The notes: generated by a model from the sequence alone, not told the origin. A stretch of DNA of 39,710 bases from a virus (IMGVR_UViG_2778261152_000009:1-39710), one strand, 5' to 3'. Positions 1 to 8,942 are shown, counted from the first letter of the stretch. Numbers and translations: made by a program.

Positions 1-1161
1 TTACCTAACATTTAAGTAAACCACGTTCTCTTCTTGTGCCGTATTTGTGCCATTGCGACTTATAATCGCATCGATTTTGCTCGCGTGCTCGGTGAGATGC
101 CCGGCTGAAAGGTGGGCGTATCTTTGAACCATTTCGAGAGTTTCCCATCCTCCCATCTCTTTAAGTGCAAGAAGAGAGACACCGGACTGAACCAGCCAGC
201 TTGCCCAGGTATGCCTCAGGTCATGGAAGCGGAAGTTGCTAATGCCTGCCCGCTTTAACGCTCCCTTCCATGCCTTGTTGCTGTCGGTTCTCATCTTCCT
301 TACCGCTGCTGTTTTTGTTCCGTCGCTTCGGTAGGCAGGTTTGGTGTGGACAAATACCCATCTCTTATGGAGCCCCTGCTGTTTTCTTAATATCTGGCAT
401 GCGGTTTCGTTAAGAGGAACTCCGATCGCATTGCCAGCTTTTGTTTCATCAGGGTGCATCCATGCCATTTTCTTATCCAGATCGACCTGTGACCACTCAA
501 GGTCTGTAACGTTGGAACGGCGAAGGCCTGTCGTGATTGCAAACATGACCACAGGGAAGAAATGAGGAGCAATTTCTGCAAACAGGCGCTTCGATTCCTC
601 CTCTGTAAGCCATCTGATTCGTCCATTCTTAACGCGTGGTGTTGATATTTTGGGCGCCCTGTCAAGCCATCCCCATTCAACAGCCATATTGAGAATAGCG
701 CGAAGTATTGCCAGATGCCGCGTCTTCGTTCCTTTGCTTGCCAGCTTTGGTTTATACTCCGGCACCGGATTGCCAAGTCGTAAACACCTGTCCCGGCTCA
801 TCTCCCAGTTCAGGCGATGGCGGCGGTTTTCCATCCCGTCTACCGCCTCCATTATTTTTTCTGTTGTTATGTCAGAGAGAATGGCTTCTCTGAAGTGCAA
901 CATCCAGAACGATATAATGCTCTTGTCATCATCAATGGACTTCTTATCCGATTTCTCACGCAGCCACCGTATGCAGGCTTCCTTGAATAGCTTTTTCGGT
1001 GATTCCCCGAGATTTTTTACTCTCCACGCTTCTGCTTTCAGACGATCGTGAAGTTCTTGCGCTTGCCTTTTGTCCGATGTTTCAAGAGAGCGTCTAACTC
1101 TTGATCCATCTGGCGCGACGAAATCGCAGTGCCACGTGCCACCGCGTAGTTTGATTGACAT
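1..1161 (-). CDS. int: Tyrosine-recombinase integrase (P22 Int-like)
   Basis: 386-aa ORF; C-terminal catalytic region FHDLRHTWASWLVQSGV...MVQRYAHL matches the R-H-R-Y tyrosine recombinase signature; N-terminus resembles P22-type integrases from memory; lies at the prophage edge next to an excisionase. Confidence 0.9.
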   Translation of the reverse strand: MSIKLRGGTWHCDFVAPDGSRVRRSLETSDKRQAQELHDRLKAEAWRVKNLGESPKKLFKEACIRWLREKSDKKSIDDDKSIISFWMLHFREAILSDITTEKIMEAVDGMENRRHRLNWEMSRDRCLRLGNPVPEYKPKLASKGTKTRHLAILRAILNMAVEWGWLDRAPKISTPRVKNGRIRWLTEEESKRLFAEIAPHFFPVVMFAITTGLRRSNVTDLEWSQVDLDKKMAWMHPDETKAGNAIGVPLNETACQILRKQQGLHKRWVFVHTKPAYRSDGTKTAAVRKMRTDSNKAWKGALKRAGISNFRFHDLRHTWASWLVQSGVSLLALKEMGGWETLEMVQRYAHLSAGHLTEHASKIDAIISRNGTNTAQEENVVYLNVR

Positions 1162-1385
1162 GCTTTAACCTCCTGCACATCAACCGCATTCACCGCGCTA
1201 TTGTGTCTCACAGACTTAAGCGCCGCAATGCAGTCTGACTTGCAAATGCGATATGGGCTTTTAGGTTTATCTGGATTTATCTTTGCGGCCTGAAGTCGTC
1301 CACTTCGTATCCACTGCGTGATAGTGCCTTTGTCTACCTTCAGATACGACGCTGCCTCTTCACGAGTGAAGATTTCTTCTTCCAC
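1038..1385 (-). CDS. xis: Excisionase-family DNA-binding protein
   Basis: 115-aa ORF immediately upstream of int and overlapping its 5' end by 124 nt; N-terminal helix-turn-helix-like segment TREEAASYLKVDKGTITQWIRSGRL typical of the excisionase family. Confidence 0.65.
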   Translation of the reverse strand: MEEEIFTREEAASYLKVDKGTITQWIRSGRLQAAKINPDKPKSPYRICKSDCIAALKSVRHNSAVNAVDVQEVKACQSNYAVARGTAISSRQMDQELDALLKHRTKGKRKNFTIV

Positions 1386-1494
1386 CTGGAATCTCCATTT
1401 ATTGGATTGGTATTATTGCGGTAGGTCTGGATATCATTGAGCAATGAACAGGCCTCATCGAGTGTGAGGCGGTGTGATTTCTTTATTTCCACTC

Positions 1495-1710
1495 TTAATG
1501 CTTGTCAGTGAATGGTTTCTCCATCTCCATTAATGCCTTATTCATATCATTTTGTAACTCTATAGCCATCCTGACGGCTTCAACTTGTGCAGGATGTCGG
1601 TTAATTGCTGGAGAATATCGTCGGGAGCTAAGGATTGAGAAAACAAAGATAATGCAAGCAACTATCTGAATTGCATTGCATATTATTGATACAATGTGAA
1701 TTGCAGCCAT
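1495..1710 (-). CDS. Hypothetical small hydrophobic protein
   Basis: 71-aa ORF with a hydrophobic N-terminal half; starts directly downstream of a minus-strand terminator, so its expression signal is unclear. Confidence 0.3.
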   Translation of the reverse strand: MAAIHIVSIICNAIQIVACIIFVFSILSSRRYSPAINRHPAQVEAVRMAIELQNDMNKALMEMEKPFTDKH

Positions 1711-1720
1711 CTACTACCCC

Positions 1721-1745
1721 AAATAAAAAACCGCCATCAGGCGGC
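1721..1745 (-). terminator. Rho-independent terminator (minus strand)
   Basis: Minus strand reads GCCGCCTGATGGCGG followed by TTTTTTATTT: GC-rich hairpin plus T-run; the stop codon of the IS2-interrupted ORF lies in the hairpin. Confidence 0.6.
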
Positions 1746-1867
1746 TTGGTGTTCTTTCAGTTCTTCAATTCGAATATTGGTTACGTCTGCATGTGCTATC
1801 TGCGCCCATATCATCCAGTGGTCGTAGCAGTCGTTGATGTTCTCCGCTTCGATAACTCTGTTGAATG

Positions 1868-1872
1868 GTTCT
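1868..1872. repeat. IS2 target-site duplication, left copy (GTTCT)
   Basis: GTTCT immediately flanks the IS2 end at 1873 and is repeated at 3204-3208. Confidence 0.85.
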
Positions 1873-1883
1873 TGGATTTGCCC

Positions 1884-2789
1884 CTATATTTCCAGACACC
1901 TGTTATCACTTAACCCATTACTGGCTTGCTGCCGTAGATATTCCCGTGGCGAGCGATAACCCAGTGCACTATGCGGATGCCATTCGTTATAATGCTCGAA
2001 CGCCTCTGCAAGGTTCTTTGCTGCCGTTAACCCGTCTGGTTTGGGCATGACACTGATGTAGTCACGCTTTATCGTTTTCACGAAGCTCTCTGCTATGCCG
2101 TTACTCTCCGGACTCCGCACCGCCGTGCTCTTCGGTTCAAGCCCCAACATCCGGGCAAACTGCCGTGTTTCATTAGCCCGGTAGCATGAACCATTATCCG
2201 TCAGCCACTCTACTGGAGACGCCGGAAGCTCGTTGCCGAAGCGGCGTTCCACCGCTCCCAGCATGACGTCCTGTACTGTTTCACTGTTGAAGCCGCCCGT
2301 AGTGACCGCCCAGTGCAGTGCCTCACGGTCACAGCAGTCCAGCGCGAACGTGACTCGCAGTTTTTCTCCGTTATCACAGCGGAACTCGAACCCGTCAGAG
2401 CACCATCGCTGATTACTTTCTTTCACAGCCACTCTGCCTGTATGTGCCCGTTTCGATGGCGGTACAGCAGGTTTTCGCTCAAGCAACAGCGCATTCTGGC
2501 GCATGATCCGGTAAACACGTTTGGCATTGATCGCAGGCATACCATCAAGTTCTGCCTGTCTGCGAAGCAGCGCCCATACCCGACGATAACCATACGTGGG
2601 CAGCTCTCCGATAACATGGTGTATACGGAGAAGCACATCCGTATCATCAGTGTGACGACTGCGGCGGCCATCCATCCAGTCATCGGTTCGTCTGAGAATG
2701 ACGTGCAACTGCGCACGCGACACCCGGAGACAACGGCTGACTAAGCTTACTCCCCATCCCCGGGCAATAAGGGCGCGTGCGCTATCCAC
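1884..2789 (-). CDS. insD: IS2 transposase OrfB (InsD, DDE catalytic domain)
   Basis: 301-aa ORF recognised as IS2 InsD ([34 protein letters not shown]...); overlaps the upstream orfA in the -1 frame as in IS3-family frameshift-dependent transposases. Confidence 0.9.
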
Positions 2790-3112
2790 TTTTTTGCCCG
2801 TCCATATTCAACGGCTTCTTTGAGGAGTTCATTTTCCATCGTTTTCTTGCCGAGCAGGCGCTGGAGTTCTTTAATCTGCTTCATGGCGGCAGCAAGTTCA
2901 GAGGCAGGAACAACCTGTTCTCCGGCGGCGACAGCAGTAAGACTTCCTTCCTGGTATTGCTTACGCCAGAGAAATAACTGGCTGGCTGCTACACCATGTT
3001 GCCGGGCAACGAGGGAGACCGTCATCCCCGGTTCAAAGCTCTGCTGAACAATTGCGATCTTTTCCTGTGTGGTACGCCGTCTGCGTTTCTCCGGCCCTAA
3101 GACATCAATCAT
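2747..3112 (-). CDS. insC: IS2 transposase OrfA (InsC, HTH DNA-binding)
   Basis: ORF track gives 2747..3157; the recognised InsC begins at the internal Met [40 protein letters not shown] (121 aa, start 3112). Confidence 0.85.
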
Positions 3113-3203
3113 CTGTTCTCCAATGACTAGTCTAAAAACTAGTATTAAGACTATCACTTAAATAAGTGATATTGGTTGTCTGGAGATTCAGGGGGCCAGT
3201 CTA

Positions 3204-3208
3204 GTTCT
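3204..3208. repeat. IS2 target-site duplication, right copy (GTTCT)
   Basis: Direct repeat of 1868-1872 immediately after the IS2 end. Confidence 0.85.
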
Positions 3209-3328
3209 CCATTCCATTCACCTGTGACTCGGAAGTGCATTTATCATCTCCATAAAACAAAACTCGCCGTAGCGAGTTCAGATAAAAGAAATCCCCGCGA
3301 GTGCGAGGATTGTTATGTAATATTGGGT

Positions 3329-3610
3329 TTAATCATCTATATGTTTTGTACAGAGAGGGCAAGTATCGTTTCCACCGTACTCGTGATAATAATTTTGCAC
3401 GGTATCAGTCATTTCTCGCACATTGCAGAATGGGGATTTGTCTTCAGTAGACTTATAAACCTTCATGGAATATTTGTATGCCGACTCTATATCTATACCT
3501 TCATCTACATAAACACCTTCGTGATGTCTGCATGGAGACAAGACACCGGATCTGCACAACATTGATAACGCCCAATCTTTTTGCTCAGACTCTAACTCAT
3601 TGATACGCAT
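3329..3610 (-). CDS. Hypothetical Cys/His-rich small protein
   Basis: 93-aa ORF with Cys/His spacing C-x6-C-x2-HH ... C-x13-CPLC suggestive of metal binding; first gene of a leftward cluster of unknowns; no family recognised. Confidence 0.45.
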   Translation of the reverse strand: MRINELESEQKDWALSMLCRSGVLSPCRHHEGVYVDEGIDIESAYKYSMKVYKSTEDKSPFCNVREMTDTVQNYYHEYGGNDTCPLCTKHIDD

Positions 3611-3801
3611 TTATAAACTCCTTGCAATGTATGTCGTTTCAGCTAAACGGTATCAGCAATGTTTATGTAAAGAAACAGTAAGATAATACTCAACCCGATG
3701 TTTGAGTACGGTCATCATCTAACACTACAGACTCTGGCATCGCTGTGAAGACGACGCGAAATTCAGCATTTTCACAAGCGTTATCTTTTACAAAACCGAT
3801 C

Positions 3802-4536
3802 TCACTCTCCTTTGATGCGAATGTCAGCGTCAGACATCATATGCAGATACTCAACTGCATCCTGAACCCATTGACCGCCAATCCCGTAATAGCGATGCGT
3901 AATGATGTCGATAGTTACTAACGGGTCTTGTTCGATTAACTTCCGCAGAAACTCTTCCAGGTCACCAGTGCAGTGCTTGATGACAGGAGTTTTCCCAGGA
4001 TGGCGAACAACAAGAAACTGATTTCCGACTTCACGGACTTCGTTGCTTTCCAGTTCTGCAATGCGCTTCTCTGCGGATTCCAACGCCGCAACCAATTCGT
4101 CTACAGTTCCGGCAGCTTGCAGTGCGTAATCGGTAATAGCCATCTCATGATCAATTTCAGTACCGTTCTCATTCGTTGAGGTGATAGCAAAATAATCAGA
4201 GTCGATTTCGTTATCAGCTAAGTGGCGTAGCGTATCGGCAACAAGCCGGCCGTTTTCGATTAGCAGCTTCCCTACCGTTAGCGCAATATCCTCGTTCTCC
4301 TGGTCGCGGCGTTTGATGTATTGCTGGTTCCTTTCCCGTTCATCCAGCAGCGCCAGCACGGTTTCTGGTCCGGTCAGAAATTTGAAGGCGTTGAGCGCAT
4401 CAATATCCACACCGTAATCTTTAAGTTCCTGTTCACTTAACAAATCATCATCAGCTGGCAACATTAACAGGCGTTCCATTGCCGGAATTGCACGTTCTGC
4501 CGCCTCACGCAGTGCCTGATAGTTAATGTTGGTCAT
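3802..4536 (-). CDS. Hypothetical acidic protein, possibly Ead/Ea22-like
   Basis: 244-aa acidic ORF with predicted coiled-coil character (repeated AELES-type segments); position between int/xis and the recombination genes matches lambda 'ea' genes; family assignment is from memory only. Confidence 0.45.
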   Translation of the reverse strand: MTNINYQALREAAERAIPAMERLLMLPADDDLLSEQELKDYGVDIDALNAFKFLTGPETVLALLDERERNQQYIKRRDQENEDIALTVGKLLIENGRLVADTLRHLADNEIDSDYFAITSTNENGTEIDHEMAITDYALQAAGTVDELVAALESAEKRIAELESNEVREVGNQFLVVRHPGKTPVIKHCTGDLEEFLRKLIEQDPLVTIDIITHRYYGIGGQWVQDAVEYLHMMSDADIRIKGE

Positions 4537-4537
4537 A

Positions 4538-4837
4538 TCACATCACCCTGAAGCCGTTGCATTTACGTAAAAAATCGCAGATATAGCCCTTCATTTTTTC
4601 GTGCCAATCTCGATCATTCCCATTGCACCAACCATCAGGTGGAGTCCAGTTTTCTATCAGAGCAGCCATTTTCTTTGCTTTCGCCGGAGTAGCTGTTGCG
4701 GTATCGCAGTAATGACGAGTGTCAACCAACGTATCCATACCATCGATATCAAGTACGCAAAACCATGTGTGATTCGGCATTTCAACAGATGGTATTTGTT
4801 GCCCACGTCGACGTTTATCAATAAGACATACAGTCAC
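4538..4837 (-). CDS. Hypothetical protein
   Basis: 99-aa ORF whose stop abuts the next gene's start; several Cys residues; no family recognised. Confidence 0.45.
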   Translation of the reverse strand: MTVCLIDKRRRGQQIPSVEMPNHTWFCVLDIDGMDTLVDTRHYCDTATATPAKAKKMAALIENWTPPDGWCNGNDRDWHEKMKGYICDFLRKCNGFRVM

Positions 4838-5334
4838 TGGTTGCCTCCTTTGCGAAGCTGTTCAGCAATACTTACGCATATCTCTGCGCCTCTAATCAGC
4901 CCCGGAACGTTCTTGTTTGGCCCAACTTCACCATCGACAAAATCAATCATCGCGTTACGAGCCATATCCACGCCCTGCGCACGTACTTCAGCCAGAAAAG
5001 CATCGGTGGCTGGGGTTTTGATTTCGTTAAGCGCATCACTGAATCCACCACGCTCCATACCTAGCTCTGCTTCGTAATCGGCATCGAATGCAGCGTCTTT
5101 GCAGAACTTCTTCATCCCCGCACTCTCCGCTGCCAGCGCCACGCACTTGGCCTCAAGGTTATCAATCGTGATTCCAGCAGAACGACACTCCCGCAACGCC
5201 GTTTCCAGTTTTGATTCAAGTTCACCGAACTTACGCACCAGATATTCAGCGTTTGTTTCGTTAACCTTTAAATCTTGTGGGATGCATTTACCTTTCAGAA
5301 AACCATCCATCTCAATTAGTGACATTTGTTTCAT
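4834..5334 (-). CDS. Hypothetical protein
   Basis: 166-aa ORF overlapping its neighbours by 4 nt at both ends (operon-like coupling). Confidence 0.5.
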   Translation of the reverse strand: MKQMSLIEMDGFLKGKCIPQDLKVNETNAEYLVRKFGELESKLETALRECRSAGITIDNLEAKCVALAAESAGMKKFCKDAAFDADYEAELGMERGGFSDALNEIKTPATDAFLAEVRAQGVDMARNAMIDFVDGEVGPNKNVPGLIRGAEICVSIAEQLRKGGNQ

Positions 5335-5495
5335 TTTTTCCCACTCCGCAACATCGCATTCAGATATTTGTTTTGATTTACTGACGGAAAAGAATTTCTC
5401 TTAAGCAATTCCTCTCTCGATGACATTGGCTTTACGCGTTGGCGAATAATCATTTCTGCCGGAAGAATGCCGGGATTGTATGCAAGTCCTCTCAT
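5331..5495 (-). CDS. Hypothetical small protein (start uncertain)
   Basis: ORF track gives 5331..5645, which overlaps the upstream gene out of frame by 140 nt; the internal ATG at 5495 with GAGG 8 nt upstream gives a 54-aa product starting just after the upstream stop. Confidence 0.3.
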   Translation of the reverse strand: MRGLAYNPGILPAEMIIRQRVKPMSSREELLKRNSFPSVNQNKYLNAMLRSGKK

Positions 5496-5505
5496 GGTAA
5501 ATTCC

Positions 5506-5799
5506 TCAGTCATTACTGATAGCACCATAGCGTGAGCGGTAATTACGCAGGCGCGGGTCAATTTCAGGGAAGTGGGTATATGTGGCTTTGCGGAATGGTC
5601 GGATTGATGTCTGGTAAATTCGCTCGCGTTCTTCTTTCTCTGCAAGCCATATACAGTGGCGAAATTCCTTTTCCTCTTTCGTTTCCTGCGGTAGCGACAT
5701 TATCCGATCGTAGTTTTTTCTGAATTTATCCAGCACCTCCGATACGGAATTGCCGGAACAGCGGCGCGGGTCATCCGCACCATACAGAGGCGCTGGCAT
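5506..5799 (-). CDS. Hypothetical protein
   Basis: 97-aa basic ORF immediately downstream of the exonuclease gene on the minus strand. Confidence 0.45.
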   Translation of the reverse strand: MPAPLYGADDPRRCSGNSVSEVLDKFRKNYDRIMSLPQETKEEKEFRHCIWLAEKEERERIYQTSIRPFRKATYTHFPEIDPRLRNYRSRYGAISND

Positions 5800-5815
5800 G
5801 TTTTTCTCCTGTTGA

Positions 5816-6364
5816 TTATTTAGCTAACTTTTTCCAGATCGCTGAAACGTATTTGGCTTGGTGAATGGCATCATCAAGAGCGTTGTGGCGAGTTCCTTTG
5901 AATGGCATATCTCGCTTAGGGTCGAATCCTATTGCCTTCCCAAGTTCGACGATTGTTCTTACGTCGCGGTCATTCCACCACTGCCACGGAACTGGCTGCC
6001 CTGTCAGCGAATAACTGTTGCGGAGAATAACGCAGTCAAATGATGCTCCATTCCCCCAAACCTGAACGAATTTGTGGTTAGCGTTCTTTATGATGAATTC
6101 AGATAACCATGAAAGAGCCGTTGAAAGCTCCTGAGTGTTGCTGGTTAGCGATTTTCTGGCTTCTTCACTCTGTTCCAGCCACCATAAAATCGTTGAAGCG
6201 TCAGGACGCGCCCGATATCGCATTGATGACTCAAGCGAGATATTTACCGAGAACTCTTCTCCTGTTTCTCCGGTATTCGGGTCAAAGAATACTGCCCCAA
6301 TAGAAATAACTGGCGCGTATGGCCCGTTGCCCATTGTTTCAAGGTCAACCATCAAGTGATTCAT
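5816..6364 (-). CDS. DEDD-type 3'-5' exonuclease (DnaQ-like fold)
   Basis: 182-aa ORF with N-terminal Exo I-like motif MVDLETMG (D-x-E), a later HNALDDA segment resembling the Exo III H-x4-D motif, and predicted acidic residues between. Confidence 0.65.
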   Translation of the reverse strand: MNHLMVDLETMGNGPYAPVISIGAVFFDPNTGETGEEFSVNISLESSMRYRARPDASTILWWLEQSEEARKSLTSNTQELSTALSWLSEFIIKNANHKFVQVWGNGASFDCVILRNSYSLTGQPVPWQWWNDRDVRTIVELGKAIGFDPKRDMPFKGTRHNALDDAIHQAKYVSAIWKKLAK

Positions 6365-6372
6365 GTAAGTCC

Positions 6373-6852
6373 TTAAATTGCGTGAATAGCGTGATGAGGG
6401 AAAGGGAGAGTTACTGGTTCCTCGTCTGGGTAGATAGGTTTGTTATGTTTGTGCCACTCGACATGACATGACTTGCAGAGCCACATTACATCGGTTGGTT
6501 TGCTGTAGTCGCAGTGGTGCGCCTGTGGTTTACATTCTGATCCGCAGCACTCACATTGTGGTGGTCGGATTAGCTTACCGTCGCGCAAAAAATTACCCAC
6601 GATGATGTGGGCTTTTCTTTTCCATGGGTTGCTCTGAATGAACCGCTTTTTGGCTGCGTTACACCGTTCTCTGCCGCGTTCCGATGATTGATATTCTCTC
6701 CTTGCTGATACTCGATGTGGCAATCCCGCGCGCTCTTTGTCGTATTCAGCCAGGCAAGCCCGGCAAGCGGCAGTTAATCCATCTCTGGATGCTCTTCTGA
6801 TTTGAAAGTCCCTTTCTTCCTTCTGTTGATGACATCTTGAGCAGATTTTCAT
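6373..6852 (-). CDS. HNH-family endonuclease
   Basis: 159-aa ORF with paired CxxC motifs (CSRCH, CRAC, CECC, CKSC) and the HNH-like segment AHHCDYSKPTDVMWLCKSCHVEWH. Confidence 0.65.
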   Translation of the reverse strand: MKICSRCHQQKEERDFQIRRASRDGLTAACRACLAEYDKERAGLPHRVSARREYQSSERGRERCNAAKKRFIQSNPWKRKAHIIVGNFLRDGKLIRPPQCECCGSECKPQAHHCDYSKPTDVMWLCKSCHVEWHKHNKPIYPDEEPVTLPFPHHAIHAI

Positions 6853-6861
6853 ATTCAGCTC

Positions 6862-7335
6862 CTAGAACGGAATATCCGAATCGTCGAAGTTCATAGGTGG
6901 TTCGCTGTGATTTCCATGCTGCTGAGGTTGCTGTCTTTGTTGCTGACCATTATTTCGCTGAGGTGAAGACTGTTCATTGCCTCCTTGCTTGCCACCAAGC
7001 ATTTGCATGGTTCCACCAACGCCCACGATGACTTCGGTAGTGAACCGATCCTGTCCGCTTTGATCCTGCCATTTTCTTGTCCGCAATTTGCCTTCAAGAT
7101 AAACCTCAGAGCCTTTTCGCAGATATTCGCTGGCAATTTCTGCCAGTTTCCCGCTCATTACCACGCGGTGCCACTCCGTCTGCTCCTTTTGCTCTCCAGT
7201 TTGCTTATCACGCCATTGTTCTGACGTGGCTATTGTCAGGTTAGCGAACGCTGTTCCTGATGGTGAGTATCGAACTTCCGGGTCTTGTCCTACCCGACCA
7301 AGGATAATCACCTTATTTACGCCTCTGCTTGCCAT
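6862..7335 (-). CDS. ssb: Single-stranded DNA-binding protein
   Basis: 157-aa ORF with an OB-fold N-terminus ([18 protein letters not shown]), Gly/Gln-rich linker and acidic C-terminal tip DDSDIPF, the hallmark of bacterial/phage SSB. Confidence 0.9.
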   Translation of the reverse strand: MASRGVNKVIILGRVGQDPEVRYSPSGTAFANLTIATSEQWRDKQTGEQKEQTEWHRVVMSGKLAEIASEYLRKGSEVYLEGKLRTRKWQDQSGQDRFTTEVIVGVGGTMQMLGGKQGGNEQSSPQRNNGQQQRQQPQQHGNHSEPPMNFDDSDIPF

Positions 7336-8043
7336 TTATGCCGCCTGTTTTAGTTCGTCAACTCTGATGTTCATTACCTGAACGCATTTAGCCTGCGCCT
7401 CCTCGTTGCCAGCCATTAATTGCCAGTCATGCTGATAACGTTCGATGAGTTTTTTCTTGTCAGTTTCTGTTGACGCATAATCGCTGAAGTCTTTCAGGAT
7501 TTGTTCGCAGTCAACCGATGGAGATTTCTGGTTGGTATTTTCTGGTGATGGTTTGTTATCTGATGCTGGGATTGCCCATCCCGGCAGCGATGGAGGGAGC
7601 CAGTAAAATCCTGTTCCATCCTTGAGTTTTGCCCTGTGCCATCCCTGCTTTTTGTCGAGAGATGTTTGTGCGAAACCTTCCTCAAGGTTATACAGATACC
7701 GACCGATTCCCCACTGAACGGCAGCGCGCTTCATTGCACCTGAACGACCACCTTTGACGGCTTCTACCTGCGTGTTTTCAGCAGCATCCCATTTGGTTAC
7801 CCATTCGGAATCAATCTTTATTGATATGCCGCATTCAACGCCGCCGTTGTTGGGAATATCGCGGTATTCATTGCGCCATCCTGCTTTGCCACAAACATCG
7901 TCCAGGCGTTTCATGATTGCCCGGTTCGTGACATAAGCCAGCACCATAGCCCACACCTTGCCATCGCGTGTTTTACCGCTTTGCTGTATTCGCCATTCGA
8001 TATCTTCAGGGCTGAATGGCTCATCGAATTTGTTCAAATCCAT
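7336..8043 (-). CDS. Single-strand annealing protein, Rad52/22-like (recombinase)
   Basis: 235-aa ORF directly upstream of and abutting ssb; N-terminal region with conserved-looking KxDGxxxWA and GRYLYNLEEG segments resembles Rad52/Sak-type annealases as I recall them. Confidence 0.6.
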   Translation of the reverse strand: MDLNKFDEPFSPEDIEWRIQQSGKTRDGKVWAMVLAYVTNRAIMKRLDDVCGKAGWRNEYRDIPNNGGVECGISIKIDSEWVTKWDAAENTQVEAVKGGRSGAMKRAAVQWGIGRYLYNLEEGFAQTSLDKKQGWHRAKLKDGTGFYWLPPSLPGWAIPASDNKPSPENTNQKSPSVDCEQILKDFSDYASTETDKKKLIERYQHDWQLMAGNEEAQAKCVQVMNIRVDELKQAA

Positions 8044-8051
8044 AATTCACC

Positions 8052-8223
8052 TCAGAATGGACATGGCCCAAGGAAATAACGCTGATTTAATACTTCAGTC
8101 TTTGCCGCATTTAAAAATACGCGAACACCTTCACGATCTCCCTTCTGGCGATACATTAACGCCTGCTGCGTGTACATGCGTCTCTGTAACTTGCTCTCCT
8201 TCACTGTGGTTGCAAGTGACATG
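8052..8223 (-). CDS. Hypothetical small basic protein (56 aa)
   Basis: Not in the ORF track (under 60 aa); minus-strand ATG at 8223 preceded by AAGGAG 7 nt upstream; translation MSLATTVKESKLQRRMYTQQALMYRQKGDREGVRVFLNAAKTEVLNQRYFLGPCPF; overlaps the listed 8131..8316 ORF, which uses a GTG start. Confidence 0.3.
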
Positions 8224-8434
8224 AATATCTCCTTCGTTACCGATTAAATCTTTCATCTGACGAATGAATTCTTCGTCTGACCAGTTATCTGTAAAACTCA
8301 TTTCCTGCGATACCACGGAAGGTTGATAGCTGACTTCATCGCTTTATTTGCTTCAAGCCACATTTTAGAATCACCAATAAATCTGGCTATTACTGCTTTG
8401 TTCTGTGCAGCACGAAGCATCTGGTGATTAATGG

Positions 8435-8620
8435 CTATTTCATTGCGCATAACGCCTCCAGTTGTTTCTTTGCTGCTCTGATTAATTGTTTAACTCGGCG
8501 TGATAATTCAGATTCGTGCGGGTAGAAAGCGGACATGACGCCGCTACCCGCGAGCTGAAAGTGCATCATGGGTAACTCCTTATATTTGATTGCATAACGA
8601 AAATGCCTCTCGTGAAGCAT
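8435..8620 (-). CDS. Hypothetical small protein
   Basis: 61-aa ORF in the early-left operon where lambdoid phages carry kil/cIII-type small genes; no family recognised. Confidence 0.35.
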   Translation of the reverse strand: MLHERHFRYAIKYKELPMMHFQLAGSGVMSAFYPHESELSRRVKQLIRAAKKQLEALCAMK

Positions 8621-8652
8621 TATTGGTATGCGGTAAAGCCGCGCTCAGGCGG

Positions 8653-8901
8653 CTACTCTATTTCTTCTTCGAATGATTTTATTAGTCGGTCAATAACATC
8701 ATCCGTTTCAATATCATTTCCGTCTGATTGCTTTAATACATCTATTGATTCTGCAGCGGTAAATTCCATCGCTGTGAGAAACTCGACAATTGTACACTCA
8801 ACGACATATCGTTCTTCATCTGTACGACATGAGATAAAAGAGCATTTAATTGCTGTTATTACTTTTTGTTTAAGCTCTGCAGGGTAATCAGTTTTTATCA
8901 T
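8653..8901 (-). CDS. Hypothetical acidic protein
   Basis: 82-aa strongly acidic ORF (C-terminus SFEEEIE); preceded on the minus strand by a terminator-like hairpin. Confidence 0.45.
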   Translation of the reverse strand: MIKTDYPAELKQKVITAIKCSFISCRTDEERYVVECTIVEFLTAMEFTAAESIDVLKQSDGNDIETDDVIDRLIKSFEEEIE

Positions 8902-8913
8902 CGTTTACTCCGT

Positions 8914-8942
8914 CAAAAAAACTGCCCTCACATTGGAGGGCA
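8914..8942 (-). terminator. Internal rho-independent terminator of the leftward early operon
   Basis: Minus strand reads TGCCCTC-CAATGT-GAGGGCA (7-bp stem) followed by TTTTTTT; lies between two same-strand genes, implying antitermination-dependent read-through. Confidence 0.55.

Larger units (their letters stand above)
1873..3203 (-). mobile_element. IS2 insertion sequence (IS3 family), 1331 bp
   Basis: Recognised IS2 ends: TGGATTTGCCCCTATATTTCCAGACACCTGTTATCACTTAA at 1873 and the reverse complement of TAGACTGGCCCCCTGAATCTCCAGACAACCAATATCACTTAAATAAGTGATAG ending at 3203; encodes the two-ORF transposase; flanked by a 5-bp direct repeat. Confidence 0.9.
1737..3240 (-). pseudogene. Small ORF split by IS2 (55 aa when IS2 and one duplication copy are removed)
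   Basis: Minus-strand ATG at 3240 with GGAG 8 nt upstream reads MHFRVTGEWNGE into the IS2 end; after removing 1873-3208 the frame continues PFNRVIEAENINDCYDHWMIWAQIAHADVTNIRIEELKEHQAA to a TGA at 1739-1737. Confidence 0.5.

Noticed and set aside
2313-3047. Plus-strand ORFs of 66-143 aa inside IS2 (2313..2744, 2777..2977, 2820..3047) and the minus-strand ORF 2423..2716
   Set aside because: They lie within or antisense to the recognised IS2 transposase genes; IS2 coding capacity is accounted for by insC/insD.
3176-3565. Plus-strand 129-aa ORF spanning the IS2 end and the downstream gene
   Set aside because: It starts inside the IS2 terminal repeat and runs antisense to a better-supported minus-strand gene; likely a frame artefact.
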